The notes beneath the pieces are model-generated. The model saw only the letters and a list, made by a program, of their open reading frames with translations. It made no database searches and was not told where the DNA came from. A stretch of DNA of 60,360 nt from Bacteroidales bacterium (GTDB lineage Bacteria; Bacteroidota; Bacteroidia; Bacteroidales; UBA932): contig JAGDBQ010000126.1 of the NCBI GenBank assembly GCA_017958985.1, forward strand, positions 1 through 60,360, given 5' to 3'. Shown here one piece after another: positions 9,775-19,253 of this stretch (positions are counted from its first letter, which is position 1; the number at the start of each line of letters is the position of its first letter). The position numbers and the translations under genes are program-made.

Positions 9775-11897
9775 TCGTCTTTCAAATACTTAAGCCAGAA
9801 CGCTTGGTTCGCCTCATTGAAGTGCTTTCCCTGGTAGCCACGATAGCCGTGCATACCGTCGGGATATACCATAAACTCGAATTTCTTGCCGGCCTTCTGG
9901 AGAGCGTCAACCAGCTTCAAGGTATTCTGGAAATGCACATTGTCGTCTCCGGTGCCGTGAGTTATCTTGAGCATCACCGAACCATCGTAATTCTTCTCGG
10001 TGACAGGATAGTTGGCAGCTGATGCAGTCACCCTGGTCTTCTCATATCCCTCAGGATTGTTCTGCGGAGTATTCATGAACCTTTCGGTATAATGGGTGTC
10101 ATAAAGGGCCCACTCATAGACACCTCCGCCCGCTATCCCATAGTGGAAGGCATCCGGATGGTTCATCACCAGCAATGCCGTCATCGTGCCTCCGAACGAG
10201 AAACCTTCAACCCCGATCTTGTCCCCATTGACATACGGCAGTTTCTTCAGGTACTCCGCCCACTCCACAAAGTCCCTTACCTCTAGATCGGACAGATGGC
10301 CGTAAACCTGGTCGAGACCGGCCCGTCCGTTGTGGCCGGAGTCCCTGCAGTCAGCCACCACTTCGATGATTCCATTGGAGGCATACCACATATAGCGGGC
10401 AGGTCCGGCATAGCGGTCCACGACCTCCGGTGTGTCAGGCCCGCCGTAGATATCCATATGGACCGGATACTTCTTCGCCGGGTCGAAGCCGACGGGATAA
10501 ACGATGAATGCCGGAAGTTCGAAACCGTCGCTGGTGGTCATCGTGATGACTTCCGGAGTGGCGAAGTCTGAGGCCTTGTAGTCAGGACCAGCCCAGTCGG
10601 CTACCTTGTAGGAACGGGACGGCTTGGCAAGGTCGTAAAGCCATACCTGATAAGGTGTGGACGAATTGCTCAAGGAAGTGATCACATATCCCTTGTCCGG
10701 AGAAACGGAAGATGACATAACGCTGAAGGCGGGATCCGAAACGGCGGTCACCTTCCCTTTCTTCACGGAATAGAGGCTCGTGCGGATGCGGGAATCCCTT
10801 TCAGCCTCGAATATCACCGTGGAAGTGCTGCCGTCGAACTTCCTGGAAACCTTGCCCTCATCCACGTCCAGCAGGCTCATCCTCCAGTTCTCTCCATCTG
10901 TCAGACGCTTCAGGACCGAACCGTCATAGGAAAGGTAGTAGATCTGCTGCCAACCGGTCTCGAAGGAGCGTACCATATACAGGCCCGAGCGCCCGAAGAG
11001 CATTCCTTCGATCCAGTCCAGCCAGGTCTTGTATGACTCGTGATAAATATGCTTCCTGGACCCGTTTTCAGGTGATACTGCATACAGGTCCAGTTCGTTC
11101 TGCTCCCTCGGCTCCCTCTGTATGAAGAAAGCCTTGCCGTCGGCACCCCAGAAAGGAGTCCCGAAATACTGGTCCTCATCTTCGTTGAAATCGGCCCAGA
11201 CGGTATTCCCGGAAGAAATGTCGGTGATACCGATGCGGACCTTCGGATTCGGGTCGCCGCATTTCGGATAGCGGGTCATCCTCACCGAGCCTCCTGTCGG
11301 AGACATATCCTCGAGAGCGACTGCTCCCCCAGCCCTCTGGGAATACGAAAGCCGCATCCCGGACCTGTCATAGTCTTCCGCGAACGGAGAATAGATCGGG
11401 AACACAGGGACTTCGGAATTGTCGAACCTGTAGAAACCGATCTTCCTCGAGTCCGGAGACCACCAGAAAGCCCTGTACCTGGAGGCCCTGCCGAATATTT
11501 CCTCGTAATACACCCAGGAGGCATATCCATTCAGTATCACGTCGCTGCCGTCGAAGGTCAGCCTTGTCTCCTTACCGGAAGCTATATCCACCACCCACAG
11601 GTCGTTGTCCCTGGTGAAGGCGAGCTTGGTCGAATCCGGCGAATACGTCAGGTTGACCGCGCCCTCCGGACTGATCGGGAAGGACACGAACTTATCCGGA
11701 TACTTGATCCCCTTTGTAACCTTGTGCGTAGCCGCATCTATCGAATAGTCCTTCTCTCCTGCGAAAGAGCCGTCGTACGACAGAGCCACCTCGCTCTTAC
11801 CTACCCACTTCCAGTCGAAAGGAATATCGTTGAACACCTGCGCGGACGAAGCCGTCCAGAATGCCAGGCAGACTGCAATAGTTAAAAGCTTCTTCAT
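9771..11897 (-). CDS. S9B dipeptidyl-peptidase IV family serine peptidase
   Basis: WVYYEEIF, WWSPD, GFSFGG nucleophile, GTGDDNVH, GMHG; signal peptide from MKKLL (11897); alternative ATG at 11906. Confidence 0.93.
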   Translation of the reverse strand: MKKLLTIAVCLAFWTASSAQVFNDIPFDWKWVGKSEVALSYDGSFAGEKDYSIDAATHKVTKGIKYPDKFVSFPISPEGAVNLTYSPDSTKLAFTRDNDLWVVDIASGKETRLTFDGSDVILNGYASWVYYEEIFGRASRYRAFWWSPDSRKIGFYRFDNSEVPVFPIYSPFAEDYDRSGMRLSYSQRAGGAVALEDMSPTGGSVRMTRYPKCGDPNPKVRIGITDISSGNTVWADFNEDEDQYFGTPFWGADGKAFFIQREPREQNELDLYAVSPENGSRKHIYHESYKTWLDWIEGMLFGRSGLYMVRSFETGWQQIYYLSYDGSVLKRLTDGENWRMSLLDVDEGKVSRKFDGSTSTVIFEAERDSRIRTSLYSVKKGKVTAVSDPAFSVMSSSVSPDKGYVITSLSNSSTPYQVWLYDLAKPSRSYKVADWAGPDYKASDFATPEVITMTTSDGFELPAFIVYPVGFDPAKKYPVHMDIYGGPDTPEVVDRYAGPARYMWYASNGIIEVVADCRDSGHNGRAGLDQVYGHLSDLEVRDFVEWAEYLKKLPYVNGDKIGVEGFSFGGTMTALLVMNHPDAFHYGIAGGGVYEWALYDTHYTERFMNTPQNNPEGYEKTRVTASAANYPVTEKNYDGSVMLKITHGTGDDNVHFQNTLKLVDALQKAGKKFEFMVYPDGMHGYRGYQGKHFNEANQAFWLKYLKDE

Positions 11898-11905
11898 AAC
11901 GTTCA

Positions 11906-12397
11906 TTAAAAAACCAATGCGATACCTGTCCCACACTGTCCTGCCACCCACTTTATACGCTTCTTGCCAATTGTATTCAATATGATGCCTGAAGTCAGGA
12001 GAGCCCCACCGGCAATGGCAACTCCTTCGCTCAGATAGAAAAGCCCGGTGAGGGCCACCCCGTCAACCAATGCTTTCTCGGTTTCTTTCTTGGCTATCAA
12101 GACTTCAGTGTTGAGGATCAATAAACCCGCAGCCGCACCAGCTCCCAAGACACCGACTCCTATACAGGAAACTCCACCGAGAATCATCGCCCTGCCTGCC
12201 TTCAACTGCCTCCGGGCACCGACAAAGGTTTGCTCATATATATCATAGCCGACAATGTCGATCAGTGCCTGGTCCGAAAGCACAGTCCCCTCCGGATCCA
12301 CTATCTTGGCTCCCTTGCGGGCATACTGTGCTTCGGCATCCAGCGACGGACACAGGAACACAGCCACAAAGCTACACAGAATCAAGAATCTTTTCAT
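11906..12397 (-). CDS. Hypothetical exported glycine-rich membrane protein (paralogue B)
   Basis: Aligns end to end with 6401-6880 (AQYARKGAxIVDPxG...IGKKRxxWVAGQCGxGIALxF); in-frame ATGs at 12397, 12400 and 12406. Confidence 0.8.
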   Translation of the reverse strand: MKRFLILCSFVAVFLCPSLDAEAQYARKGAKIVDPEGTVLSDQALIDIVGYDIYEQTFVGARRQLKAGRAMILGGVSCIGVGVLGAGAAAGLLILNTEVLIAKKETEKALVDGVALTGLFYLSEGVAIAGGALLTSGIILNTIGKKRIKWVAGQCGTGIALVF

Positions 12398-12424
12398 CAT
12401 CCTCATATGAAAAATGAATTAATA

Positions 12425-13894
12425 TTACGCATCGGAAAAGCATTCATCCTTGAAGTTGACCAGATAGACTTTCTCGACGGCACGGGTCATAGCCGTATAC
12501 AACCATTTGAGGTCATCGACCGTCAGCTCTTCCTGCCAGAAAGGGTTGTCGATGAAGACACAGCTCCATTGCCCACCCTGGCTCTTGTGGCAGGTGATGG
12601 CATTGGCATATTTCAGCTGAAGAGCGTTGAAATAGGGATCCTCCCGCACGGCCTCCCAACGCTTCTTCTTGGTCTTGAGATCCGAATAGTCTTCGTTGAC
12701 ACCGTTGTAGAGCATATTCTGTTGCTCGTACGTAAGGGAAGCGGATTCAGATTCCAACGTATCCAGACAGACCTTGGCCACGATTTCCGCATCGTCATAG
12801 TCGGGAAATGAAAGACGTGCATCGGCGAAACGGAGTCCGTAACGGTCTTCGTGATTCTTGATGGAGATGAGTTTCGCGATATCGCCGTTGGCAATGTAGT
12901 CCATCCCCTTTATCCCTTCCACGAACTGATAGCAATTTTTCACTATCATCAGTTTCTCTCCCCTCACTAGAGGCTCCTCGTCATAGAAGACCTGGGCACG
13001 GATACCTGCATTGTAGCGGTTAGCCCGCTTGTTGGATCGGCACAGCACGACTGCATCATCCTTCGAATATTCAGAGAAATATGCCTGGTTCAGGGTTTCC
13101 AGGAGTTCTCCGCCCGAAATACGGACGACATCGCCATAACCATCTGTCTCCAGACCCAGCTGGCCGGCAGTGAAAAACTCTTCCCCGGACGATATCATCT
13201 GCCTGAGATGGGTCGCATTCCTGAGTATGCCCGATTCTTTCTGCTGGCGCACCACTTCGGTCAGGGAGCAGTACCGCACCCCTCCGAATGAGTCCATATA
13301 CTCACGTGACAAGGCAGGGGATGCATCCAGTCCGACCGGAGGGAGCTGGGCGTCGTCCCCGATCATTATCAGCCGGCAGTCATTCCCGGCCCGTACGAAG
13401 TCCACGAGGTCCCTGAGCAAGTCCCCGGTACCGAACTGGGCGGTACTCTGCCGCGCCTGGTCATCAATCCCGATCAGGGAGACTTCATCCACGATGAACA
13501 GCTTGTGGGAGAGCCTGTTGGGCGCAAGTGAGAACTGCCCGAACCCGTCCGCCCCGACAGATTTCTGGCGGTATATGCATTTATGGATGGTCCTGGCCGG
13601 TTTGCCGGAATAGAGGGAAAGCACCTTCGCCGCACGGCCGGTAGGAGCCAGCAGATAACATATCTCTTCCTTCGTACCATCCTCGGCATCAGGCCTGAGT
13701 CCGTCGAGGGCTTCTATGACGGCAGCGATGGCGGTCGTCTTGCCTGTACCGGCATAACCGTTCACCACCAGGATGTCGGAATCGTCACAGACCAGGAAAT
13801 CCGCTATCTCACGGAAAAGGTTATCCTGGTCGGAAGTCTTTTCATATGGGAAATGCCTGTTGAACAGGCCGTAGAACCATTCGTTCCTATCCAT
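12425..13894 (-). CDS. RecD-like SF1 helicase/ATPase (AAA_30 plus UvrD_C_2-type)
   Basis: GYAGTGKT Walker A, LAPTGRAAK, IVDEVS, GDDAQLPPV, ITCHKSQG, LYTAMTRA. Confidence 0.9.
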   Translation of the reverse strand: MDRNEWFYGLFNRHFPYEKTSDQDNLFREIADFLVCDDSDILVVNGYAGTGKTTAIAAVIEALDGLRPDAEDGTKEEICYLLAPTGRAAKVLSLYSGKPARTIHKCIYRQKSVGADGFGQFSLAPNRLSHKLFIVDEVSLIGIDDQARQSTAQFGTGDLLRDLVDFVRAGNDCRLIMIGDDAQLPPVGLDASPALSREYMDSFGGVRYCSLTEVVRQQKESGILRNATHLRQMISSGEEFFTAGQLGLETDGYGDVVRISGGELLETLNQAYFSEYSKDDAVVLCRSNKRANRYNAGIRAQVFYDEEPLVRGEKLMIVKNCYQFVEGIKGMDYIANGDIAKLISIKNHEDRYGLRFADARLSFPDYDDAEIVAKVCLDTLESESASLTYEQQNMLYNGVNEDYSDLKTKKKRWEAVREDPYFNALQLKYANAITCHKSQGGQWSCVFIDNPFWQEELTVDDLKWLYTAMTRAVEKVYLVNFKDECFSDA

Positions 13895-13908
13895 TTCTCA
13901 AGGCAGGA

Positions 13909-15363
13909 TTATTCGTTCTTACGGCTGAAAACCATCATTATCACGGCGAGGATAGGATAGATTTCCACTCGGCCGAGGAACATATCCAGGGTGTACATCA
14001 GCTTGGCCCCTGTCGGCTCAGCCGCGAAACTGTCCAAAGTGCCCAGGTCTCCCACCGCAGGGCCCACGTTGCTCAGGGAAGACAGAGTAGCCACGATAGA
14101 GTGCATGCTGTCTGAATTGGAGAGGATGCTGACGGCAATCGAAATGATTATCATCAGAAAATACAGCGCAATGTACAGGATATGGGGAGCCAGATCCTCC
14201 TGACGGATGACACGGCCGTTGATCCTCACTTCATTGACGGAAGCAGGATGGAGGACCAGTCTGAGCTGGTTCTTCACCTGCCTGAACAGGAGAAGGGCAC
14301 GGTCGGACTTTATTCCACCGGTAGTCGATCCGGCCATACCGCAGATGATCCCGACCAGCATCAGCAAGGCGGACGGGACAACCGGCCATACACCCGTGTC
14401 TGCAATCGCCAGACCGCAAGTAGAAGCATAGCTCAAGACGTGGAAGGAACTGGAAAGGGCGGCTTCTCCCCAGCTGCCCTCGATGCCGTTCGCTTTCAGG
14501 GATATGGTGGCTATCGTACTGACGGTGACAAGGATTCCGAGGTACAGCTTGAAGATATCATTCCTGAAGGGTTTCAGTGAACGTGTCGCGATCGCCAGGT
14601 ATGTCATTCCGAAATGGATGGACGAAAGGAACATGAACACCATCGTGATGATGTCTATCGGCACTGAATTGAAAGCTCCGACAGACAGGGTCCTGGTGCT
14701 GAAACCTCCGGTCGCGGTCACGCTCATCGCGTGGTTTATCGCATCGAAAGGACTCATTCCGGCTATCAGGTAGCTCAGGAAAGAAGCCACCAGCATCCCC
14801 AGGTAGACATTGGTGAAGATGAGCACCGTCTTGCTGGCTCCGGAACGGTATTCCCGTTTCGAAAGGGAAGAAAGTTCGAGGCTGGTCAGACGGAGCCTCA
14901 TCTGTGAGGAACTCGGTATGATAAGCAGCAGGAACACCACGACTCCCAAACCTCCGATGAAATGGGTGGAAGACCGCCAGAAGAGCAGGCTGTTCGGTAG
15001 TTCCTCGATATTGTCCAAGATCGTCGACCCAGTGGTAGTAAATCCGGAAACACTTTCAAACCAGGCATTTACAATGGTGAAAGGGCCGCCCCAGAGGGCA
15101 TAGGGAAGCATTCCGAAAATGAACGAGAGAAGCCACGAAAGGACGATGATCATAAACCCGTCACGGAGGGAAATCTCCGGTGACTTGCGCACGAATATGA
15201 AGGGGAATATACCGACGGTGAACGTTATTGTGAAGCTGATGAGCAAGGCGGTCAGGGCGCTGTCGTTGCCGTTCGCCAGGGAAACCAGTATGGACAGGAA
15301 CATGAAGAGCGCACTTACCAGCAGTGCGTAGCCTACATTCCGCGATATGGTCTTTACATTCAT
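13909..15363 (-). CDS. trkH: TrkH potassium uptake membrane protein
   Basis: FESVSGFTTTG, LLFWRS, TATGGFS, GSTTGGIK, SNVGP, FLGRVEIYP; multiple TM helices. Confidence 0.95.
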   Translation of the reverse strand: MNVKTISRNVGYALLVSALFMFLSILVSLANGNDSALTALLISFTITFTVGIFPFIFVRKSPEISLRDGFMIIVLSWLLSFIFGMLPYALWGGPFTIVNAWFESVSGFTTTGSTILDNIEELPNSLLFWRSSTHFIGGLGVVVFLLLIIPSSSQMRLRLTSLELSSLSKREYRSGASKTVLIFTNVYLGMLVASFLSYLIAGMSPFDAINHAMSVTATGGFSTRTLSVGAFNSVPIDIITMVFMFLSSIHFGMTYLAIATRSLKPFRNDIFKLYLGILVTVSTIATISLKANGIEGSWGEAALSSSFHVLSYASTCGLAIADTGVWPVVPSALLMLVGIICGMAGSTTGGIKSDRALLLFRQVKNQLRLVLHPASVNEVRINGRVIRQEDLAPHILYIALYFLMIIISIAVSILSNSDSMHSIVATLSSLSNVGPAVGDLGTLDSFAAEPTGAKLMYTLDMFLGRVEIYPILAVIMMVFSRKNE

Positions 15364-15371
15364 CGTCCCCG

Positions 15372-16196
15372 TCAGTTGCCCGCTTTGTTACGGAGGTCCG
15401 AGATCCTCTTCCTGAGCTGCTGGTTCTCGTTGGTGATCTCCATGATCCCTTCGTTGAGTTCAGCGAGCTGGTCGTCTCCTTCGAAAGTATAAGTGTATTT
15501 CTTGTTGACCGACCTGTAATTGTTCAGGCCGGAGAGCATCTTGTAGATAGGATTCACATAGTATGCGAGAATGAAGAACAGCAGCATCAGTATGAGCAGG
15601 AGTCCGACCATAACGGCTACCGCCCCGGGGATGATGCTCCTGTAGAATCCTCTCTGGAAAGTTTCCGAATTCTTCTTGAGATCGTCGTAAATCGCGTCGT
15701 TGAGAACGTCTATGTAGGAATTCAGCCTGTTGAACTGAGGCTGCAGGCGGCCGAAATACCAAGCCCTGGCGTCGATGAAGTCAGAGAGCAGCACATCGTT
15801 GAGTTCCAGGGATGTAAGCATATATGCGGAATATGCGTACACCACCGAATCGGTGAGAGGCATCATCTTGGACGAAATCAGAGACTCCCTTAGCGAGTCG
15901 CAATGGCTCATAAACTCTGCCTGGCGGAAATCCGGCAGGGTGTTCACTGATTCGTCCCCGATCACGGACAGCAGCTCCACGTTGTACTGGTTGCTGACTT
16001 CGGACAGTTTCTGGGCGACGTTTATGCTCCGGATGTTGTCAGCGATCAGGTCCGAAACATAATTGCTCATCCTGGTATATTCCATGATCGAGATGAAGCT
16101 CGAAACCAGCAACGTCACGGCGATGGCGCTGAGACTCAGCGTCAGTTTCGCCCTCATCGAGAGCTTCCTGCCCTTTACCTTGTCAGATAGTCTCAT
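15372..16196 (-). CDS. Membrane sensor-like protein (two TMs, four-helix-bundle-like periplasmic domain, HAMP-like segment), no output domain
   Basis: TM1 near N-terminus, helical periplasmic region, TM2 then NPIYKM...GDDQLAELNEGI HAMP pattern and a short coiled coil. Confidence 0.7.
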   Translation of the reverse strand: MRLSDKVKGRKLSMRAKLTLSLSAIAVTLLVSSFISIMEYTRMSNYVSDLIADNIRSINVAQKLSEVSNQYNVELLSVIGDESVNTLPDFRQAEFMSHCDSLRESLISSKMMPLTDSVVYAYSAYMLTSLELNDVLLSDFIDARAWYFGRLQPQFNRLNSYIDVLNDAIYDDLKKNSETFQRGFYRSIIPGAVAVMVGLLLILMLLFFILAYYVNPIYKMLSGLNNYRSVNKKYTYTFEGDDQLAELNEGIMEITNENQQLRKRISDLRNKAGN

Positions 16197-16206
16197 AGAC
16201 GGTCAA

Positions 16207-17877
16207 TCAAATCCGGTTCAAATTACAAAGATATAAAACGCTCCCATAATCCGCAAGGGCAGGCTGGAACGGATATTCCTTGAAATACGTCGAATCCATA
16301 TATACGGCGAAAGAAGTAAAGTTCCTGATGCCACGGGACATGTAAGTCGCTATGTCTGATACGAATACATCTCCGTGCCAAGGCAAGTTCACGGCCGGTT
16401 TCTTCCAGCCGCTGGCCAGGGAGACGTCCAGCCAGTACTCCAGCACTACGGCATCCTCTGCAGAGAACACTTCCAGGTTGGCGTCGAGGAGTCTGAGCAC
16501 TTCTTCGTGCCGCATAGGATGCTTCCTCGATCCGGGAGCCGAAAGATCAGCCAGGGGCCTGTCCCACTGCCTGTCGATAGGAGCGAATTCCAGGAATATC
16601 CCTTCTTCCGGTGCAACCTTGCGCGGTGGTTCCATAGTTCCCTCGTACGCCAGATGCGCGAGCATCGCTTCCGGATCCACCTCCCTGATGGCCTTGATCA
16701 TCCGGTTCTCGATCAGCAGGGCTTGCTCAGAGGCTGAAAACTCCCTGCACAGAGGGCAGGAGCAGACCGGAGAATTATCGTCAAGCCAGAAATAGTAACG
16801 ATGGTTCGTCGCCGGAAGCGCCTTTGCATACCACGCAGCCTTGGATGCTATTATTTCCAGAGCCTTCTCAGAATGGGCGCAACAGTTCCGGTCAGGAGTC
16901 CGCCTGCCTTCGGCATCCATCCTGAACATCGTGGAATCTTCCGCGAACAGCTCCCTCGGAAGCAACTCCCCCATCGCGTGTAGCTGGTGCTCCACATCCA
17001 GTCCGTATTTCGAACAGCCTTCCAGGAAAGCCTTGCCTTTCTCCGAACTGATGAATTCCAGTACCTGGGACGGCCGGATGTGTGTGCCTATGGTGTTGAT
17101 TCCATACCTGGAAGCCAGTTCCGGCCAGTCGTAAGAGGCGAGGTCTTCGACGGATAGGACGACTCCCGCCATCTGGCAAGGTTCTTCCCGGCAGATTTCC
17201 GCCTCGAAGAATACGTTTTGCTGATGGAAATCGGCCTCTTCGTCTGAAGTGAGTTTCAATGAATACCAGTTTACGGACTTGTCCGGCCTGAAGTCAGCCC
17301 TGAAGGCCCCCATGAGGAAACCTTTCTGTATATCTATTCCCAGACCTTCCAGCTCAGCCCACGAAACGTGTCCGGCTATCGAATACCCTGACGGGGTTAT
17401 CCGTTGGAAACACTCCATTGTGCTGAAGTTCCAACCGTAATCGAAATCTCTGTAGTATGTACACTTATAGTCCATGACCCGGCCCATGGGGTCGATCTCC
17501 GCTCCCACATAAGTCTTGAGCTTCCCTGCAGGAGAGAAGAATATCTCCACCCTGTCCTCGTATTCGACATCCCGTTCATCCTTGAATCCTTCTTCCAGGG
17601 TTAGGGTATTTTCCATGACATCGAACCGGAAGAAAAACAGGCTGTCCGTCGCAAAGCAACGGAAACTGGTGCTGTCATCCATATCATCCCACGGGGCATG
17701 GAATACTTCCACAGGAGCGATGGCTTCCCAGACAACTGCATCAAGCAAGTCTTCTGTCTGCGGCTCTGCAGGGGAAAAAGGGATACGGAAAACATCAGCT
17801 TCAACCCTGCTGCGGGAACAGGAAGCGGAAAGCGCGACCGCAATCAGCGCCACTGGAAATAAGTTACGCATATTCAT
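16207..17877 (-). CDS. Lipoprotein: CBM9-like sugar-binding domain fused to DUF4838-like domain
   Basis: Lipobox LSASC; EDRVEIFF, EIDPMGRVMDY, ADFHQ (CBM9-like); FWLDDN..CSCPLC, AHLAY, LEFAPI, LEYWLD (DUF4838-like); start 17877 or 17871. Confidence 0.7.
   Translation of the reverse strand: MNMRNLFPVALIAVALSASCSRSRVEADVFRIPFSPAEPQTEDLLDAVVWEAIAPVEVFHAPWDDMDDSTSFRCFATDSLFFFRFDVMENTLTLEEGFKDERDVEYEDRVEIFFSPAGKLKTYVGAEIDPMGRVMDYKCTYYRDFDYGWNFSTMECFQRITPSGYSIAGHVSWAELEGLGIDIQKGFLMGAFRADFRPDKSVNWYSLKLTSDEEADFHQQNVFFEAEICREEPCQMAGVVLSVEDLASYDWPELASRYGINTIGTHIRPSQVLEFISSEKGKAFLEGCSKYGLDVEHQLHAMGELLPRELFAEDSTMFRMDAEGRRTPDRNCCAHSEKALEIIASKAAWYAKALPATNHRYYFWLDDNSPVCSCPLCREFSASEQALLIENRMIKAIREVDPEAMLAHLAYEGTMEPPRKVAPEEGIFLEFAPIDRQWDRPLADLSAPGSRKHPMRHEEVLRLLDANLEVFSAEDAVVLEYWLDVSLASGWKKPAVNLPWHGDVFVSDIATYMSRGIRNFTSFAVYMDSTYFKEYPFQPALADYGSVLYLCNLNRI
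16226..16233 (-). promoter_or_regulatory. Internal -7 box upstream of the sensor-like gene/trkH unit
   Basis: TATCTTTG on - strand within the AT-rich 3' end of the preceding CDS, 30 bp before ATG 16196. Confidence 0.5.
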
Positions 17878-17881
17878 TCTG

Positions 17882-19252
17882 TCATTGGGCTTCAAGGTCC
17901 TCTCCGGTAGGAGAAAGGGATGCTGGAATGATGGATTCCGGTCCCTGGGTCCTTCCCGAAGTCTTGATCCTGGCCTGTGATTTCTTGGGCGACAAGCCCA
18001 GTTTCTCCAGTTTCTGGATCTTCTTGATCACACTCTGGTTCGAATCCTTCAGTTTGGATGTCGATTCTTCGAATGAAGACATCGCCTTCTCGAGGGACTC
18101 GCCTATCTTGACATAGTTGGCCATCCATCCGTTCAGCTGGCTCATCAGTTCCTCGGCGGTCTTGTAGACCTCGGCTATGTTCTTCTCCTGGTTCGCCTGT
18201 TTCCAGGCCATCTGGATCATATTGAGCACGATGATCAACGTCATCTGACTCACTATCAATACATTGTTGTCCTTTGCCACTTGCCAGAGCAACGGATCTT
18301 CCTCAAGCATCAGGCGGAACGCTCCTTCGACCGGGATGAACATAAGGTTGTAGTTGACCTTCCTCCTGTCAGCGGGGATGTAGGATGCATAATCCTTGGT
18401 CTTGAGTTCATCCACGTGCTTCTTCACGCTTTCCACGTGAGCCTTGGCGAAGCGTTTCCTGTCTTCCACCTTTTCTGCATTCATCCATTCCTGGTAGGCA
18501 TTGAGGCTCACCTTCGAATCGATGATGACAGTCGTATCGTCAGGATAGAATACCATCACGTCCGGGATCATCGTCCTGCCGCTGTTGCTCTTTATCTCGT
18601 GGCCGGAACTGTCAGTCATCACTCCCTGGGTGAAGAAATGCACGCCCTCCTGGAGCCCTGAATTCTTCAGCACGTCGGTAAGCAGCATTTCTCCGAAGTC
18701 ACCCTGGACTTTCGAATATCCGGTGAGGGCATTCGCCAGGTTCCTGGCTTCTTCCCCGACGGCATTCGAACGGTCCATCACTCCCCTGATATGTTCCTTG
18801 AGCTCGGCATTCTGCTGGAGGGCTTCCTTGCGCGATTCCCGGACTGCATCACCGAATTCGGTGAACTTCTCCCGGATAGGCTTCAGCAGTTCCCCTATCG
18901 ACTCGGCGCTCTGACGCTTGAATACGGCACTGTTCTCGGCCGAAAGGGCCTTGAAGGCATCCCTCATATTCTCCAGGTCCTTTTCGTGCTGTTCCTTCTG
19001 CATCTTGAGGGCATTGTCCTGGACTTCCCGCATCCTCGCTTCGAACTCCTCGCTGGCTGCCAGCTTGCTTTCCACGGCAGCCTTTTCCGAGGACAGCTTC
19101 ATCAGCCGCTCCTGGAGCTCGTCTTCCGCATCCTCGTATTCCCTCATCAGCCGCTGACGCTCCCTGGAGGACCTGACAAGTACGAAAATCAAGGCCAGGA
19201 CCGCGACCAGGGCCACTCCTGCAGCGATGTATATTGCAAGTTCAAGGTCCAT
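17882..19252 (-). CDS. rmuC: DNA recombination protein RmuC
   Basis: N-terminal TM plus coiled coil; KVQGDFGEMLL, PDV, IIDSKVSL, LMFIPVE. Confidence 0.95.
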   Translation of the reverse strand: MDLELAIYIAAGVALVAVLALIFVLVRSSRERQRLMREYEDAEDELQERLMKLSSEKAAVESKLAASEEFEARMREVQDNALKMQKEQHEKDLENMRDAFKALSAENSAVFKRQSAESIGELLKPIREKFTEFGDAVRESRKEALQQNAELKEHIRGVMDRSNAVGEEARNLANALTGYSKVQGDFGEMLLTDVLKNSGLQEGVHFFTQGVMTDSSGHEIKSNSGRTMIPDVMVFYPDDTTVIIDSKVSLNAYQEWMNAEKVEDRKRFAKAHVESVKKHVDELKTKDYASYIPADRRKVNYNLMFIPVEGAFRLMLEEDPLLWQVAKDNNVLIVSQMTLIIVLNMIQMAWKQANQEKNIAEVYKTAEELMSQLNGWMANYVKIGESLEKAMSSFEESTSKLKDSNQSVIKKIQKLEKLGLSPKKSQARIKTSGRTQGPESIIPASLSPTGEDLEAQ

Positions 19253-19253
19253 A

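Noticed and set aside
6401-12397. Invertible segment bounded by the inverted paralogues
   Set aside because: The copies differ at many synonymous sites, with no long identical repeat and no adjacent invertase.
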